Below are positions 29,030 to 38,952 of a DNA stretch of 64,000 bases, piece after piece. The stretch comes from a bacterium. GTDB taxonomy: Bacteria > Patescibacteriota > Saccharimonadia > CAILAD01 > BJGX01. The DNA is taken from NCBI GenBank assembly GCA_029778565.1, contig JAKOQC010000510.1:18838-82837 (forward strand), written 5' to 3'. Position 1 is the first letter of the stretch, and the number at the start of each line of letters is the position of its first letter. The notes below the pieces were generated by a model. That model saw only the letters and a list, made by a program, of their open reading frames with translations, was not told the DNA's origin and ran no database searches. The translations under genes were made by a program, and so were the position numbers.

Positions 29030-30181
29030 TTACCAACTAGAATTAGTATCTCTCAAATTTATTAATTTTTCTGTTAGTAATCTGTCCCCTCTTAATTTAC
29101 TTAAAGCCTTGCTTTCTATTTTTCTAACTCTTTCCCGAGTAGTATGAAGAGCCTTGGCCGTCTCTTCTAGGGTCTTAGGCTGACCATCTTTTAATCCAAA
29201 CCTCTCTTCAATTATGACTCTTTCTCGTTCATTTAATGCCAGAATTGCTTCTTTAAGTAAACTACCTGTTTGTATGCGTTCTATTTCAGCATCTGGTTCT
29301 GATTGCTCAACCTCTCTCTTATCTATTAATCCTTCAAGCACCACATCTGTTTCATTGTCATAAGGGTTTTCAGGGTCAAACTTTAAGTTCTTTAGTTCTG
29401 GATCTTGTTTTTCAATTTCTTCAAATAGTCTATCCAGCGAATATTGATAATTCTGTAATTTTAATAGCTCTCTAAGTTCTCCAGGCGAAATATCTAATTC
29501 TTCTGAAAGCATTTGGGTAGCTAGGTTACTCACCCAGGCATAGTTTGCCTCATTCCCTACAGAGAAATCTATCCCTTCTACATTAAGCAGTCTATCTTGG
29601 GCTTTTTTTAATGTAGTCAGTTGCCGATGAATATTAGATGGATAACGAATGTTTCCCTCTTGTTCTTTGAATTCTCTAATAATTTCATATTTAATACAAC
29701 TTATTGCGTAAGAAGGAAATGTTTTTCGAGGGGTATTCACTCTCTTTACCGCTTTAACCAAACCCAAGTACCCAATTTGAAAAAGATCAGCCCAGCCTAA
29801 AAGCCCTTTTCTATCCCCTGGTTTGCTACTACCTAAATCAAGTGGACTAATTCCAAAGTATTTGGCTATAACATAAGGCACCAATCTTAAGTGATGTTCA
29901 ACAATATAATTTTCTTGGGTTCTAATGCGTTCAAATAAATAAGCTGAATAGTCATCATTTCTAATATTAAGTGCTTTTTCGTAATGGCGTTTTAGCTCTA
30001 CTAGAAAAGATAGTTCTAATTCAAGTTCTTGCTTATCAAATGGTTTGATTGTTTGTACTCTTTCTAATAGCTCATAATTACCTAGAGCTTCACCCAAAGC
30101 TTCACCCTTTCTGTTTTGTTCATATCGAATAGCAGGATCTTTATTTACATAAAATGGTAGGGTAATATTAGATTCACTCAT
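29030..30181 (-). CDS. Divergent sigma-70 family protein
   Basis: HLRLV, DLFQIGYLGLVKAV, region 4 RFGL..KTLEE..TRERVRKIESKAL. Confidence 0.85.
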   Translation of the reverse strand: MSESNITLPFYVNKDPAIRYEQNRKGEALGEALGNYELLERVQTIKPFDKQELELELSFLVELKRHYEKALNIRNDDYSAYLFERIRTQENYIVEHHLRLVPYVIAKYFGISPLDLGSSKPGDRKGLLGWADLFQIGYLGLVKAVKRVNTPRKTFPSYAISCIKYEIIREFKEQEGNIRYPSNIHRQLTTLKKAQDRLLNVEGIDFSVGNEANYAWVSNLATQMLSEELDISPGELRELLKLQNYQYSLDRLFEEIEKQDPELKNLKFDPENPYDNETDVVLEGLIDKREVEQSEPDAEIERIQTGSLLKEAILALNERERVIIEERFGLKDGQPKTLEETAKALHTTRERVRKIESKALSKLRGDRLLTEKLINLRDTNSSW

Positions 30182-30182
30182 T

Positions 30183-30824
30183 TTATTTAATAATAAACTG
30201 AATCGCTTTTATTAGCTCAAAAATACCAATTGCACCAAAGATAGCTGCAATAATGTAGCGGCTATTTTTATTAACAGAATTCTTTATAGTATTAATTCTC
30301 TTGGGTGAATGAATAAGTGCTAACAAAATTGGTGGAACAATTGCTGGTATCAGCGAGAAAAGCACCATTACAATTAGAAGTTCTATTTTTACAACCGTAG
30401 AATAGTAACTTGCAACATGAGCAGCTGGAACATACATAATAATTGTTGAGGTATTAAGTATCATAAAACCAAAACCTATACTAAATGCCCCACCATCGCT
30501 AATAACTTGCTTGGGGTGATGTTTTTTGGGTTTGGCAACAAAAAATTGATACAACGCAAAACCAATAAGAAAAATACCTAACAGTAAATCAATTCGTGCA
30601 TCGGTAAGTGTATAGTTACTCCCGGGAGAAACCCGAGAGAGTAAGAAAAAGATAACAAAACCAATTATAGAAATGGCCGTTGCCGCGCCAAGCGTAAATA
30701 GTGCCGACTTAACATTGGCAGCTTTTTTTTGGCTGGCCACCAAGACAGCAATAGTAAATATTAACGGACTTACTGCCGAAGCAAGTGCAAACGGTAAAAT
30801 ATCTATAATCAGGCCAACATGCAT
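30183..30824 (-). CDS. GAP-family (DUF2910-like) membrane protein
   Basis: ILPFALASAVSP N-terminus, about six TM helices. Confidence 0.7.
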   Translation of the reverse strand: MHVGLIIDILPFALASAVSPLIFTIAVLVASQKKAANVKSALFTLGAATAISIIGFVIFFLLSRVSPGSNYTLTDARIDLLLGIFLIGFALYQFFVAKPKKHHPKQVISDGGAFSIGFGFMILNTSTIIMYVPAAHVASYYSTVVKIELLIVMVLFSLIPAIVPPILLALIHSPKRINTIKNSVNKNSRYIIAAIFGAIGIFELIKAIQFIIK

Positions 30825-30836
30825 ATGGTTATTGTA

Positions 30837-31277
30837 CTATTTTTTATTATTTAGTGCTTGTGCTAAGACTTTTTTAAGTTCCTCGCGATCTTTTGGCCAC
30901 CAAATTTTGGCTACAAAATTACCGAGCGACAACCAAGCATAGTCTGTGCTTTCTTCGTTTAGGCGAATAGCACCACTGTAGTCGGTTAGCAAAAGAAATG
31001 CCTGTTCTTGCACAAGAGTATCTGACTCTTTCTGTGAGGTATACTGGTTAACCACCGGCAACTTAATAATTGAGATATGTGAGTTTATGCCCGTTTCTTC
31101 TTCTACTTCTCTAGCTACCGCACTCTCCATTGTTTCGCCAACTTCTACGTTACCAGTCACCACATACCACCTATCACCGCCATGTTCTAAATGTGGTGCA
31201 TTTCGACGCGCCAGCCACTCATACTGATTTCCCTGCGGTCGAACAATAAAAACCATTACTTTTGGCTTAGTTTTCAT
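30837..31277 (-). CDS. NUDIX hydrolase
   Basis: GNVEVGETMESAVAREVEEETG Nudix box. Confidence 0.92.
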   Translation of the reverse strand: MKTKPKVMVFIVRPQGNQYEWLARRNAPHLEHGGDRWYVVTGNVEVGETMESAVAREVEEETGINSHISIIKLPVVNQYTSQKESDTLVQEQAFLLLTDYSGAIRLNEESTDYAWLSLGNFVAKIWWPKDREELKKVLAQALNNKK

Positions 31278-31295
31278 ACCTTACATTATACGCTA

Positions 31296-31327
31296 AGAAA
31301 AAAGACCACCTGTTGCCAGATGGTCAA
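31296..31327 (-). terminator. Intrinsic terminator
   Basis: Minus strand GACCATCTG-GCAA-CAGGTGGTC followed by TTTTTT. Confidence 0.75.
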
Positions 31328-31342
31328 GTCAATAAGAATAAA

Positions 31343-31504
31343 TTACTGCTTCTTATGAGTAATTTGGGTAATTTTATAGTCAATCTCACGAATTTCTCTA
31401 GTCAGTTCTAATTTTCGTCTCTCGAGGAAGTGAAGGCGCAACGTGCCATCAAAATCAGGATCGACATCATTGGTTTCTGACTGATCTGTATTGGTTATCG
31501 TCAC
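31343..31504 (-). CDS. 53-aa small protein (not in ORF track)
   Basis: AAGGAGG SD, GTG start, coiled-coil-like ERRKLELTREIREID; own promoter and terminator. Confidence 0.55.
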   Translation of the reverse strand: MTITNTDQSETNDVDPDFDGTLRLHFLERRKLELTREIREIDYKITQITHKKQ

Positions 31505-31646
31505 TGCATTCACCTCCTTGGTGAGTCGTTGGTGTGACGAAAGGGTGTGTGCTGGCTTATTCTATCTATCGGGCAGATAGAATATTTGGGCAGCTACCGC
31601 GAGATGAGGAGATTGTACGCTAATCTTTACATTATTGCAAGTATCT

Positions 31647-31880
31647 TTATCGCACCGAAGGTAAACGCGAGGTAGCAGTAAGGTATTTACTACGGAGATC
31701 TATGAACTTTTTTTGTTCCTTGTGAGCCGTGGCTTGCTTAGACAGTGTTCTTGGCGTATTGGGCCCAGATGCATGCAACTCTTCTTGGTATGCATCATAC
31801 GCCTCCCAAAACGCAATATAAGCTGCTTGCATTTGAGCACCAACATATACAATGTCGATGGGTCGCAATGAATCAGACAC
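31647..31880 (-). CDS. Hypothetical protein
   Basis: 77-aa ORF with GGGGG upstream of GTG. Confidence 0.45.
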   Translation of the reverse strand: MSDSLRPIDIVYVGAQMQAAYIAFWEAYDAYQEELHASGPNTPRTLSKQATAHKEQKKFIDLRSKYLTATSRLPSVR

Positions 31881-31985
31881 TTTTTACCCCCAAACGTGCT
31901 AAGGTACTGTGCTCAGTATACTACTCTATTGCAAACCTGTAAGCATTCCGTTCGGCTAATGTTTGTAAAATGGTATAATGTAGCT

Positions 31986-33164
31986 ATGAAATCTCAACCT
32001 CTTGCTGATAGATTACGGCCTAATAAACTCAATGATGTAATTGGGCAAAAACATATTATTGGCCAAAACCAATTTTTGCGTACAGTAATAGAGAAAGACC
32101 AGCCAGTAAGTATGATATTATGGGGTCCGCCAGGGAGTGGCAAAACCACATTGGCTCGTATAATTGGAAGTAGTGCAAATTTTGAATTCAAAGAAATTTC
32201 GGCAGTTACTTCTGGACTTGCTGACGTAAAAAAAGTTATAGAAGAAGCTAAGAATAATCTCAAAGCTGGTCGACAAACCATACTGTTCGTCGATGAAATT
32301 CATCGCTTTAATAAAGCCCAACAAGACGCATTTTTGCCCCATGTAGAAGCCGGGTCAATCATTCTTATAGGCGCCACTACCGAGAATCCAAGCTTCGAAG
32401 TTATTGGTCCGCTTCTTTCTCGCTCGCGTGTGGTAGTACTCGAACCACTTAGTGCTGCAGACATTACAGAGATAATTTTGCGAGCACAAAAAGAACTCAA
32501 ACTTTCTAAATTAGAGCCCACTGCAGTTGAGCTATTAGCTGAATTGTCTGGTGGCGATGCCAGAGTAGCACTTGGCGGGCTAGAAGCTGCAGCAGCAATT
32601 TCTCATAAAACTATTACTACCAACGATATTAAACAGGCAATGCAAAAGGTCGGGGCTAAGTATGATAAAGGTGGTGAGTATCATTACAATCTTATTTCTG
32701 CCTACATAAAATCGATGCGTGGCAGTGATGTTAACGCTACACTGTATTATCTGGCACGTATGATTAATGGTGGTGAAGACCCTAAATTTATTGCTCGCCG
32801 CAATATTATTTTTGCATCTGAAGATATTGGCCTAGCTGCACCGGCTGCACTCAACCTGGCAGTATCTACTTTTTTGGCTGTAGAGCGTATCGGCTTACCC
32901 GAATGTAATTACAATCTTTTTGCATGTGCAACTGTACTAGCAAAAAGTAAAAAATCTCGCTCAGTTGCCGATGCTATGGGCAAGGCTTTTGCTGCTGCAA
33001 AAAATTATCCCGATGCACCAGTGCCACTTCATTTGCGCAATGCACCGACCAAGCTTATGAAGGACCTCGGTTATGGCAAAGATACTAAATGGGAACCTGG
33101 TTTTAAGCACCCCAAGGGCTTCTTGCCCGAAGAGCTCAAAGATCTAAAAATCTTTACTGATTAA
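31986..33164 (+). CDS. rarA: Replication-associated recombination protein A
   Basis: [50 protein letters not shown]. Confidence 0.95.
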   Translation: MKSQPLADRLRPNKLNDVIGQKHIIGQNQFLRTVIEKDQPVSMILWGPPGSGKTTLARIIGSSANFEFKEISAVTSGLADVKKVIEEAKNNLKAGRQTILFVDEIHRFNKAQQDAFLPHVEAGSIILIGATTENPSFEVIGPLLSRSRVVVLEPLSAADITEIILRAQKELKLSKLEPTAVELLAELSGGDARVALGGLEAAAAISHKTITTNDIKQAMQKVGAKYDKGGEYHYNLISAYIKSMRGSDVNATLYYLARMINGGEDPKFIARRNIIFASEDIGLAAPAALNLAVSTFLAVERIGLPECNYNLFACATVLAKSKKSRSVADAMGKAFAAAKNYPDAPVPLHLRNAPTKLMKDLGYGKDTKWEPGFKHPKGFLPEELKDLKIFTD

Positions 33165-34183
33165 ATAAATTTCTTCTTTATTCCATAGCGAAAAGCTAGG
33201 TATCCTGGGAGTGTAGGAATCCAGAATGTAATGGTCCGAAATATCATTACTCCAGCTGTTGCTGAGGCCGAATCTACACCTACTAGCATTAAGCCGCCAA
33301 TGAGTGCTGCTTCTACGGTACCGATTCCTCCTGGTGCCGGTCCGCATGCACCAATTGAATTAAATATTAGATATACAAATACTGACTGCCAAAAAGGAAT
33401 ATGCACACCTACTGCTACTAAGCAAAGGTAGAAAACTACGTTAGTGCAGGTGTAACTCAGCAACATTAGCCCGAGTGATGCAGCACTTTTTGCTGGAGTC
33501 TTGAGAATTATCCTAAATGAATGGAGTATTTCTGCAACTTTTTCTTTTATTTTTTGCAGCCATCCAAATGCCCTTACTAAAAGATAGGCTACTAAAATAA
33601 TTATTACTATTAAGAAGAAAAGCTTCCATCCGGGAGTAAAGCTCGGGTTAAGACCAACCGATTCTAAACCACCACCAAAGATTACTACTGGAATAAAATA
33701 TAGCAGCCAAGCTGTAAAATAAACCAACTCAACAGCACCGACGTACCCCAATCCAGCTTCTAGGCTATAACCAGCCACCACCGCATATCTATACATAAGG
33801 CCTGGGCCTCCCAAGCCTGCCGGAAATATCTTATAGGTAAAAGCCATGGCCAGCTGAATAAGCCCTGTTTGCTTAAATGGCATAGGCTTGGTTGCAAGTA
33901 CTGTCATGGCAACACCAGTAAAAACAAAGGTAAAACAAAAAATACACGCGGCTAATAAAAGAATTGCATCGTTAGCACTCTGAACAATAGTTACAATTTG
34001 CTGCCAGTTTTCTACCAGTGGCCACAGCAATACCAGTAAGAAGCCAAACAATAACGTCATTCCGGCCCTATATAACCAGGGATGCTTGTGTCCTTTTTGC
34101 TTTTGTTCTTGCTTTTTCTTATCGAAGTAAGAAAGCTCTTGGCTAGTGTCGACAGTTTCTTGGTTGGAGACCATTAAAGACAT
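33161..34183 (-). CDS. Lysylphosphatidylglycerol synthase TM / flippase-like protein
   Basis: Multi-TM; PAGLGG, PGGIGTVEAAL, FRTITFW. Confidence 0.85.
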   Translation of the reverse strand: MSLMVSNQETVDTSQELSYFDKKKQEQKQKGHKHPWLYRAGMTLLFGFLLVLLWPLVENWQQIVTIVQSANDAILLLAACIFCFTFVFTGVAMTVLATKPMPFKQTGLIQLAMAFTYKIFPAGLGGPGLMYRYAVVAGYSLEAGLGYVGAVELVYFTAWLLYFIPVVIFGGGLESVGLNPSFTPGWKLFFLIVIIILVAYLLVRAFGWLQKIKEKVAEILHSFRIILKTPAKSAASLGLMLLSYTCTNVVFYLCLVAVGVHIPFWQSVFVYLIFNSIGACGPAPGGIGTVEAALIGGLMLVGVDSASATAGVMIFRTITFWIPTLPGYLAFRYGIKKKFI

Positions 34184-34240
34184 GCTAATATTGTAACACT
34201 TTTACTGAAGTGCTAGTCTTCGAACGAGGGTTAATTAGAT

Positions 34241-34777
34241 CTAAAACCCAAAGTTGTTAAACTGACTAACGTAGCTACTGACGCTAGAAATAAAGTTCTT
34301 GGCATTTGTAAGAAAGTCGGCCGATACAACAGTGGTCGTGCTAGTACCGTCTGAAAAATTGACCGTCATTTTACGAGTTGGGCCACCAATTAGGGTTTTG
34401 TTTTGAGCATTATTGTTGTAAGTCATTTTTGTACCAACGTTTGATGAGTAGTAAAGATTAACCAACTTATAAAAATCAGCAGAAGTTAGCGAACAATTAC
34501 TGTTAATAGTTGTACTGGAAGTAACTACCGAATAAGTACAGCTATCGGCTGTTAAAGTAAGCGTCTTGGTACTTTGATAAGGCGGTGCAACTGGTCCAGT
34601 ATAGCTAGTAAAAACAAATGATTTTATCGAAGTATAATAATTTTGTTTTTGCCAATATTTGTAAATTAAAAAGCCACCGACAAGCAGAATTATAAAAAAG
34701 AAAAATAGAAATAGTGGCCACCAAGACCTATCTTTGGCTTTTTGATAACTATTTTTTGCTGTCTTCTTTGTTGCCAT
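34241..34777 (-). CDS. Membrane-anchored hypothetical protein
   Basis: N-terminal TM, S/T-rich exported part. Confidence 0.7.
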   Translation of the reverse strand: MATKKTAKNSYQKAKDRSWWPLFLFFFFIILLVGGFLIYKYWQKQNYYTSIKSFVFTSYTGPVAPPYQSTKTLTLTADSCTYSVVTSSTTINSNCSLTSADFYKLVNLYYSSNVGTKMTYNNNAQNKTLIGGPTRKMTVNFSDGTSTTTVVSADFLTNAKNFISSVSSYVSQFNNFGF

Positions 34778-34804
34778 TATTCTTATGCTAACACATTGTA
34801 GTAA

Positions 34805-35632
34805 TTACATTCCAGTGGGATCCCAACAAGTGCGGAAATTTTCATTTAAATTTTCAATTTGTTCCATATCTTCTTTATCTAGCTCAAAATCAAAAAGGTC
34901 GATGTTTTCATTAATTCTTACCTCATCGGTACTCTTGGGAATAATTACATTACCTAATTGTAAATTCCAGCGCAGCATTACTTGTGCTTCTGTTTTGGCA
35001 TGTTTGGCGGCTATAGAAAGGAGCGTACCATCTTGCATTCGCCGCCCGTGTGCCAACGGGCTATAGGCAGTAAGAACAATATTATGCTCGCGACAATAGT
35101 CGAGTAGAAGTTTCTGGTTAAGATACGGATGAAATTCAACTTGGTTAACCGCCGGAACAACATCGGTATGCTCGAGTAGCTCGGCTAATTGCTCTTCGGT
35201 AAAATTACTTACTCCAATAGCCTTAGCTCGGCCCGATTTGTAAATTTCTATTAAGGCTTTCCAGCTCTCTAGACGTTTTTCTGGTACTGGCCAGTGAAGT
35301 AAATACAAATCCACATATTCCATACCAAGCCGTTTTAATGACTTATCGAATGCTTTTTTTGCCGAATCATAGCCCTGATCGTGATTCCAGAGCTTGGTTG
35401 TTACAAACAGATCTTTACGGGGAATGCCGCTCTCTTTTAACGCTTTGCCAACGCTTTTTTCATTTAGATAAATACGAGCTGTATCAAAATGTCGGTATCC
35501 AGCAGCTAGGGCATGTTCGACTGCCTTATGCACACTTGGCCCTGGGGTAATCTTCCAGGTTCCAAAACCAACGATCGGTATTGAAGTACCATTGTTTAGC
35601 TTGATAGTTGAATGGGCGGTTAATTTGCTCAT
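34805..35632 (-). CDS. Aldo/keto reductase
   Basis: GYRHFDTA, DLYLLHWP, IGVSNF, IPKS. Confidence 0.95.
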   Translation of the reverse strand: MSKLTAHSTIKLNNGTSIPIVGFGTWKITPGPSVHKAVEHALAAGYRHFDTARIYLNEKSVGKALKESGIPRKDLFVTTKLWNHDQGYDSAKKAFDKSLKRLGMEYVDLYLLHWPVPEKRLESWKALIEIYKSGRAKAIGVSNFTEEQLAELLEHTDVVPAVNQVEFHPYLNQKLLLDYCREHNIVLTAYSPLAHGRRMQDGTLLSIAAKHAKTEAQVMLRWNLQLGNVIIPKSTDEVRINENIDLFDFELDKEDMEQIENLNENFRTCWDPTGM

Positions 35633-35862
35633 AGTTCTTATTGTAACAGAATCCCATAAGTCAGCTGAACTATGCTAATATTGCAATTTATTGTTATCTA
35701 TGCTATACTTATTTGACTGTTTGAATAGAACGCCCACAATCTTCAATAGGAAGACAAAGGGTATGAGCTCTCATAATTTTTCTAAGTTATTTGCATCTCT
35801 TGTCTCTGTTCTGACAACGAGAACAATAACTAATACATACCAGTTTTGGTATAAAGGAAAAA

Positions 35863-37062
35863 ATGAAATATTCATCTCGTGGTGCCAAACAGCGTCGTTA
35901 CGGACGTGGTGCCAAACAATTTAATACAAACAAAAGCCGTGGTAATAAACAAAAATTTACCATCGATATTAATAAATATGTAAAAAAAGCTGAGACAGTA
36001 CAAGAAGCGGTAGTGTATGTACCACAACATAGCTTTAGCGAATTTAAAATTGATGAACGCATTAAGAAAAATATTCGCGATCGCCACTTCGAAACTCCAT
36101 CAGCTATTCAAGATCAATCAATCGAGCCTATCTTAGAAGGTCGTGACTTAGTAGGTACGGCTCAGACAGGTACTGGTAAAACAGGTGCCTTCTTAATACC
36201 GCTTATCGATCAAACATTGCGCGACCCAAACCAGCACAATCTTATTATTGTGCCAACGAGAGAGCTAGCCAATCAGATAAATGACGAGCTGCGATTGTTT
36301 GCAAAAGATTTAAAAATCTTCTCAACCATTTGTATTGGTGGCGCAAATATTAGCCGACAGATAGAAGGCTTACGACGTAAACCTCATTTTGTAATCGCTA
36401 CACCAGGAAGATTGAAAGACTTGCACGAACGTAGGGCTATTAGCTTAGATACGTTTTCAGTAATCGTACTCGATGAAGTAGATAGAATGCTCGATATGGG
36501 CTTTGTGCATGATATTCGCTTTATTATTTCTCATCTGCCAAAGAAACGACAGTCGCTTTTCTTCTCTGCTACACTGCAGAACGAAGTTCGTAATATCATG
36601 GCAACATTCTTAAACAACCCAGTTATGGTACATGTTGATAGTAATAACTCAGCAAAAAATGTAGATCAAGATATTGTAGAGCTGCACCCAAGCGAAAACA
36701 AGACCGATAAACTACACGAACTTTTAAGCCAAGAAGATTTCTCTAAGGTGCTTGTATTTTCTCGTACAAAACATGGCGCAGACAAAATTTCGCGCGCACT
36801 TTACCAAAAAGGCTACAAAGTTGATGCCATTCATGGTGATAAATCGCAATCTCGCCGTGAACAAGTTTTGCGAAAATTTAAGACCAATAATATTACCATT
36901 TTGGTGGCTACTGATGTTGCCGCCAGAGGTATAGACATTAAAGATGTTTCACACGTTATTAACTTTGACGAACCTGAAAACTACCAAGACTACATTCACC
37001 GTATTGGCCGCACCGGACGTGCTGGCAAAACCGGTAAAGCGCTCACCTTTGTGCAGCGATAA
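35863..37062 (+). CDS. DEAD-box RNA helicase
   Basis: AQTGTGKT, PTRELA, TPGRL, DEVD, SAT, ARGID, HRIGRTGR. Confidence 0.96.
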   Translation: MKYSSRGAKQRRYGRGAKQFNTNKSRGNKQKFTIDINKYVKKAETVQEAVVYVPQHSFSEFKIDERIKKNIRDRHFETPSAIQDQSIEPILEGRDLVGTAQTGTGKTGAFLIPLIDQTLRDPNQHNLIIVPTRELANQINDELRLFAKDLKIFSTICIGGANISRQIEGLRRKPHFVIATPGRLKDLHERRAISLDTFSVIVLDEVDRMLDMGFVHDIRFIISHLPKKRQSLFFSATLQNEVRNIMATFLNNPVMVHVDSNNSAKNVDQDIVELHPSENKTDKLHELLSQEDFSKVLVFSRTKHGADKISRALYQKGYKVDAIHGDKSQSRREQVLRKFKTNNITILVATDVAARGIDIKDVSHVINFDEPENYQDYIHRIGRTGRAGKTGKALTFVQR

Positions 37063-37080
37063 AAACTCGTAGTTATAAAG

Positions 37081-37114
37081 CATTAAAACACCCTATTAAT
37101 AGGGTGTTTTAATG
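37081..37114. terminator. Perfect 34-bp palindrome, probable terminator
   Basis: CATTAAAACACCCTATTAATAGGGTGTTTTAATG equals its own reverse complement. Confidence 0.7.
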
Positions 37115-37167
37115 TATAATAAACATAAGTGTAATTGTGCTTACAAATAATTACAGCTTTTATTTAT

Positions 37168-38952
37168 ATGGATCAAACTTCCCCAACCCAACAAGCCAAA
37201 GAAGCTCAAGTGCAAAAACAAGCAGCCGGCGCACCTAATGCTGCTCCTGCAACAACCGACGATGCCCAAAATGTCACTGACGAAAATGTTAGTCTTGAGC
37301 CAACGAATAAGAAAAATCTTGAAGCAATTCTTAAAGAGAGTTTAGTTAAGAAGGGGCTTATTAAGCCTGAGTCTCTCAGTAGTATTGAGCACGCTATTAC
37401 TACCTACAACATTAATCTGATTGACTATCTTATTAGCCAAAATATTGTTACTAAAGAAAATATTGGTCAGACCATTGCGGAACATTTTGGCTGTAACTAT
37501 ATTGACCTCGAGGTAAATCAACCAAGTAAAGAGTTAATACGAACCCTACCTGAAGAAATTAGTATTGGAAACAGAATAGTTATTGTTGATGCAGATGAGC
37601 AAAATGTTTTGCTGGCTACTGACAATCCAACTAGTCCTGGTTTGCTCGCAAAAATTCAAGCTCTGTTTGCCGGCAAGCACGTCAGCTTGGCCTACTCTCT
37701 TCCAGAAGATCTTGATTCGGTCTTAGTTTATTACCGCAAGCCTCTCGAAACACGGTTTAATAAAATTATTCAAGAACAAGCCCATATTGCTCCTGAAATT
37801 ATCGATGAGATTATTAAAGACGCTATTATCTTAGATGTTAGCGATATCCACTTTGAGCCACAAGAAAATGTGGTAGTAATACGATTTCGTGTTGATGGTG
37901 TTTTACATGAAGCCGGCCAAATACCCAAGCAATACTACGAAAAGATCTTAAACCGACTAAAAGTTCAGTCGAATATGCGGATTGATGAACATGGCTCTAG
38001 CCAAGATGGTGCAATTCGGTACATTGCCGATGAGGAGCCAATTGATATTCGTATTTCAATCGTGCCAACACTTGATGGCGAAAAGGTTGCGTTACGTCTT
38101 TTGGCTGGCTATTCACGTAATCTTAACTTTAAAAATCTCGGCTTTAATGTTGTTAACCTAAAAACAATCAATGATCAAATTCATCGACCCTTTGGTATGA
38201 TCGTTACTACTGGCCCTACCGGATCTGGTAAAACTACTACTTTGTATGCTCTGCTCAAACAGCTAAATAGTCCAGATGTAAACGTTACCACTATTGAAGA
38301 TCCAGTAGAATATAAAATTTATGGGGTCAATCAAATTCAGGTAAATACCAGTACAAATCTTACCTTTACCGAAGGTTTGCGTACAATTGTCCGTCAAGAC
38401 CCAGACATTATTCTAGTGGGTGAAATTCGCGATAAAGAGACTGCCAAGCTAGCGGTAAATGCAGCTCTTACTGGTCACTTACTTTTCTCAACCTTCCATG
38501 CTAATGATGCCTCTACCGCTATTCCCCGTTTTGTCGATATGGGTGTCGAGCCATTCTTACTTGCCTCTACCCTTAATGCCATTATTGCGCAACGATTAGT
38601 GCGACTTATTCATACACAATGTCGTATGAAATATACCGTTTCTTTAGAAGAATTAAAAGCCCATTTACCAACTGCTGGTAACTACTTTAAAGAACCAAAG
38701 GTTACCCTCTACTACGGTAAGGGTTGTGAGGCTTGTAACTACACTGGGTTTAAAGGCCGCTCGGCAATTTACGAAATTATTACCGTTACTCCTAATATGA
38801 AAAAACTTATTATGCAGAATCCATCTGGTGAAGAAATTTGGCAATTAGCGAGATCAGAGGGAGTGAAGAGTTTGTTTGAAGATGGTCTCGATAAGGTTAA
38901 GTCAGGCAGAACAACCTTAGAGGAGTTAATGCGTGTCGCCGAATCAAAATAA
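37168..38952 (+). CDS. pilB: Type IV pilus assembly ATPase (PilB/GspE)
   Basis: SDIHFEP, RFRVDG, GPTGSGKT, TIEDPVE, RQDPD, GEIRD, tetra-Cys-like C-terminal motif. Confidence 0.95.
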   Translation: MDQTSPTQQAKEAQVQKQAAGAPNAAPATTDDAQNVTDENVSLEPTNKKNLEAILKESLVKKGLIKPESLSSIEHAITTYNINLIDYLISQNIVTKENIGQTIAEHFGCNYIDLEVNQPSKELIRTLPEEISIGNRIVIVDADEQNVLLATDNPTSPGLLAKIQALFAGKHVSLAYSLPEDLDSVLVYYRKPLETRFNKIIQEQAHIAPEIIDEIIKDAIILDVSDIHFEPQENVVVIRFRVDGVLHEAGQIPKQYYEKILNRLKVQSNMRIDEHGSSQDGAIRYIADEEPIDIRISIVPTLDGEKVALRLLAGYSRNLNFKNLGFNVVNLKTINDQIHRPFGMIVTTGPTGSGKTTTLYALLKQLNSPDVNVTTIEDPVEYKIYGVNQIQVNTSTNLTFTEGLRTIVRQDPDIILVGEIRDKETAKLAVNAALTGHLLFSTFHANDASTAIPRFVDMGVEPFLLASTLNAIIAQRLVRLIHTQCRMKYTVSLEELKAHLPTAGNYFKEPKVTLYYGKGCEACNYTGFKGRSAIYEIITVTPNMKKLIMQNPSGEEIWQLARSEGVKSLFEDGLDKVKSGRTTLEELMRVAESK

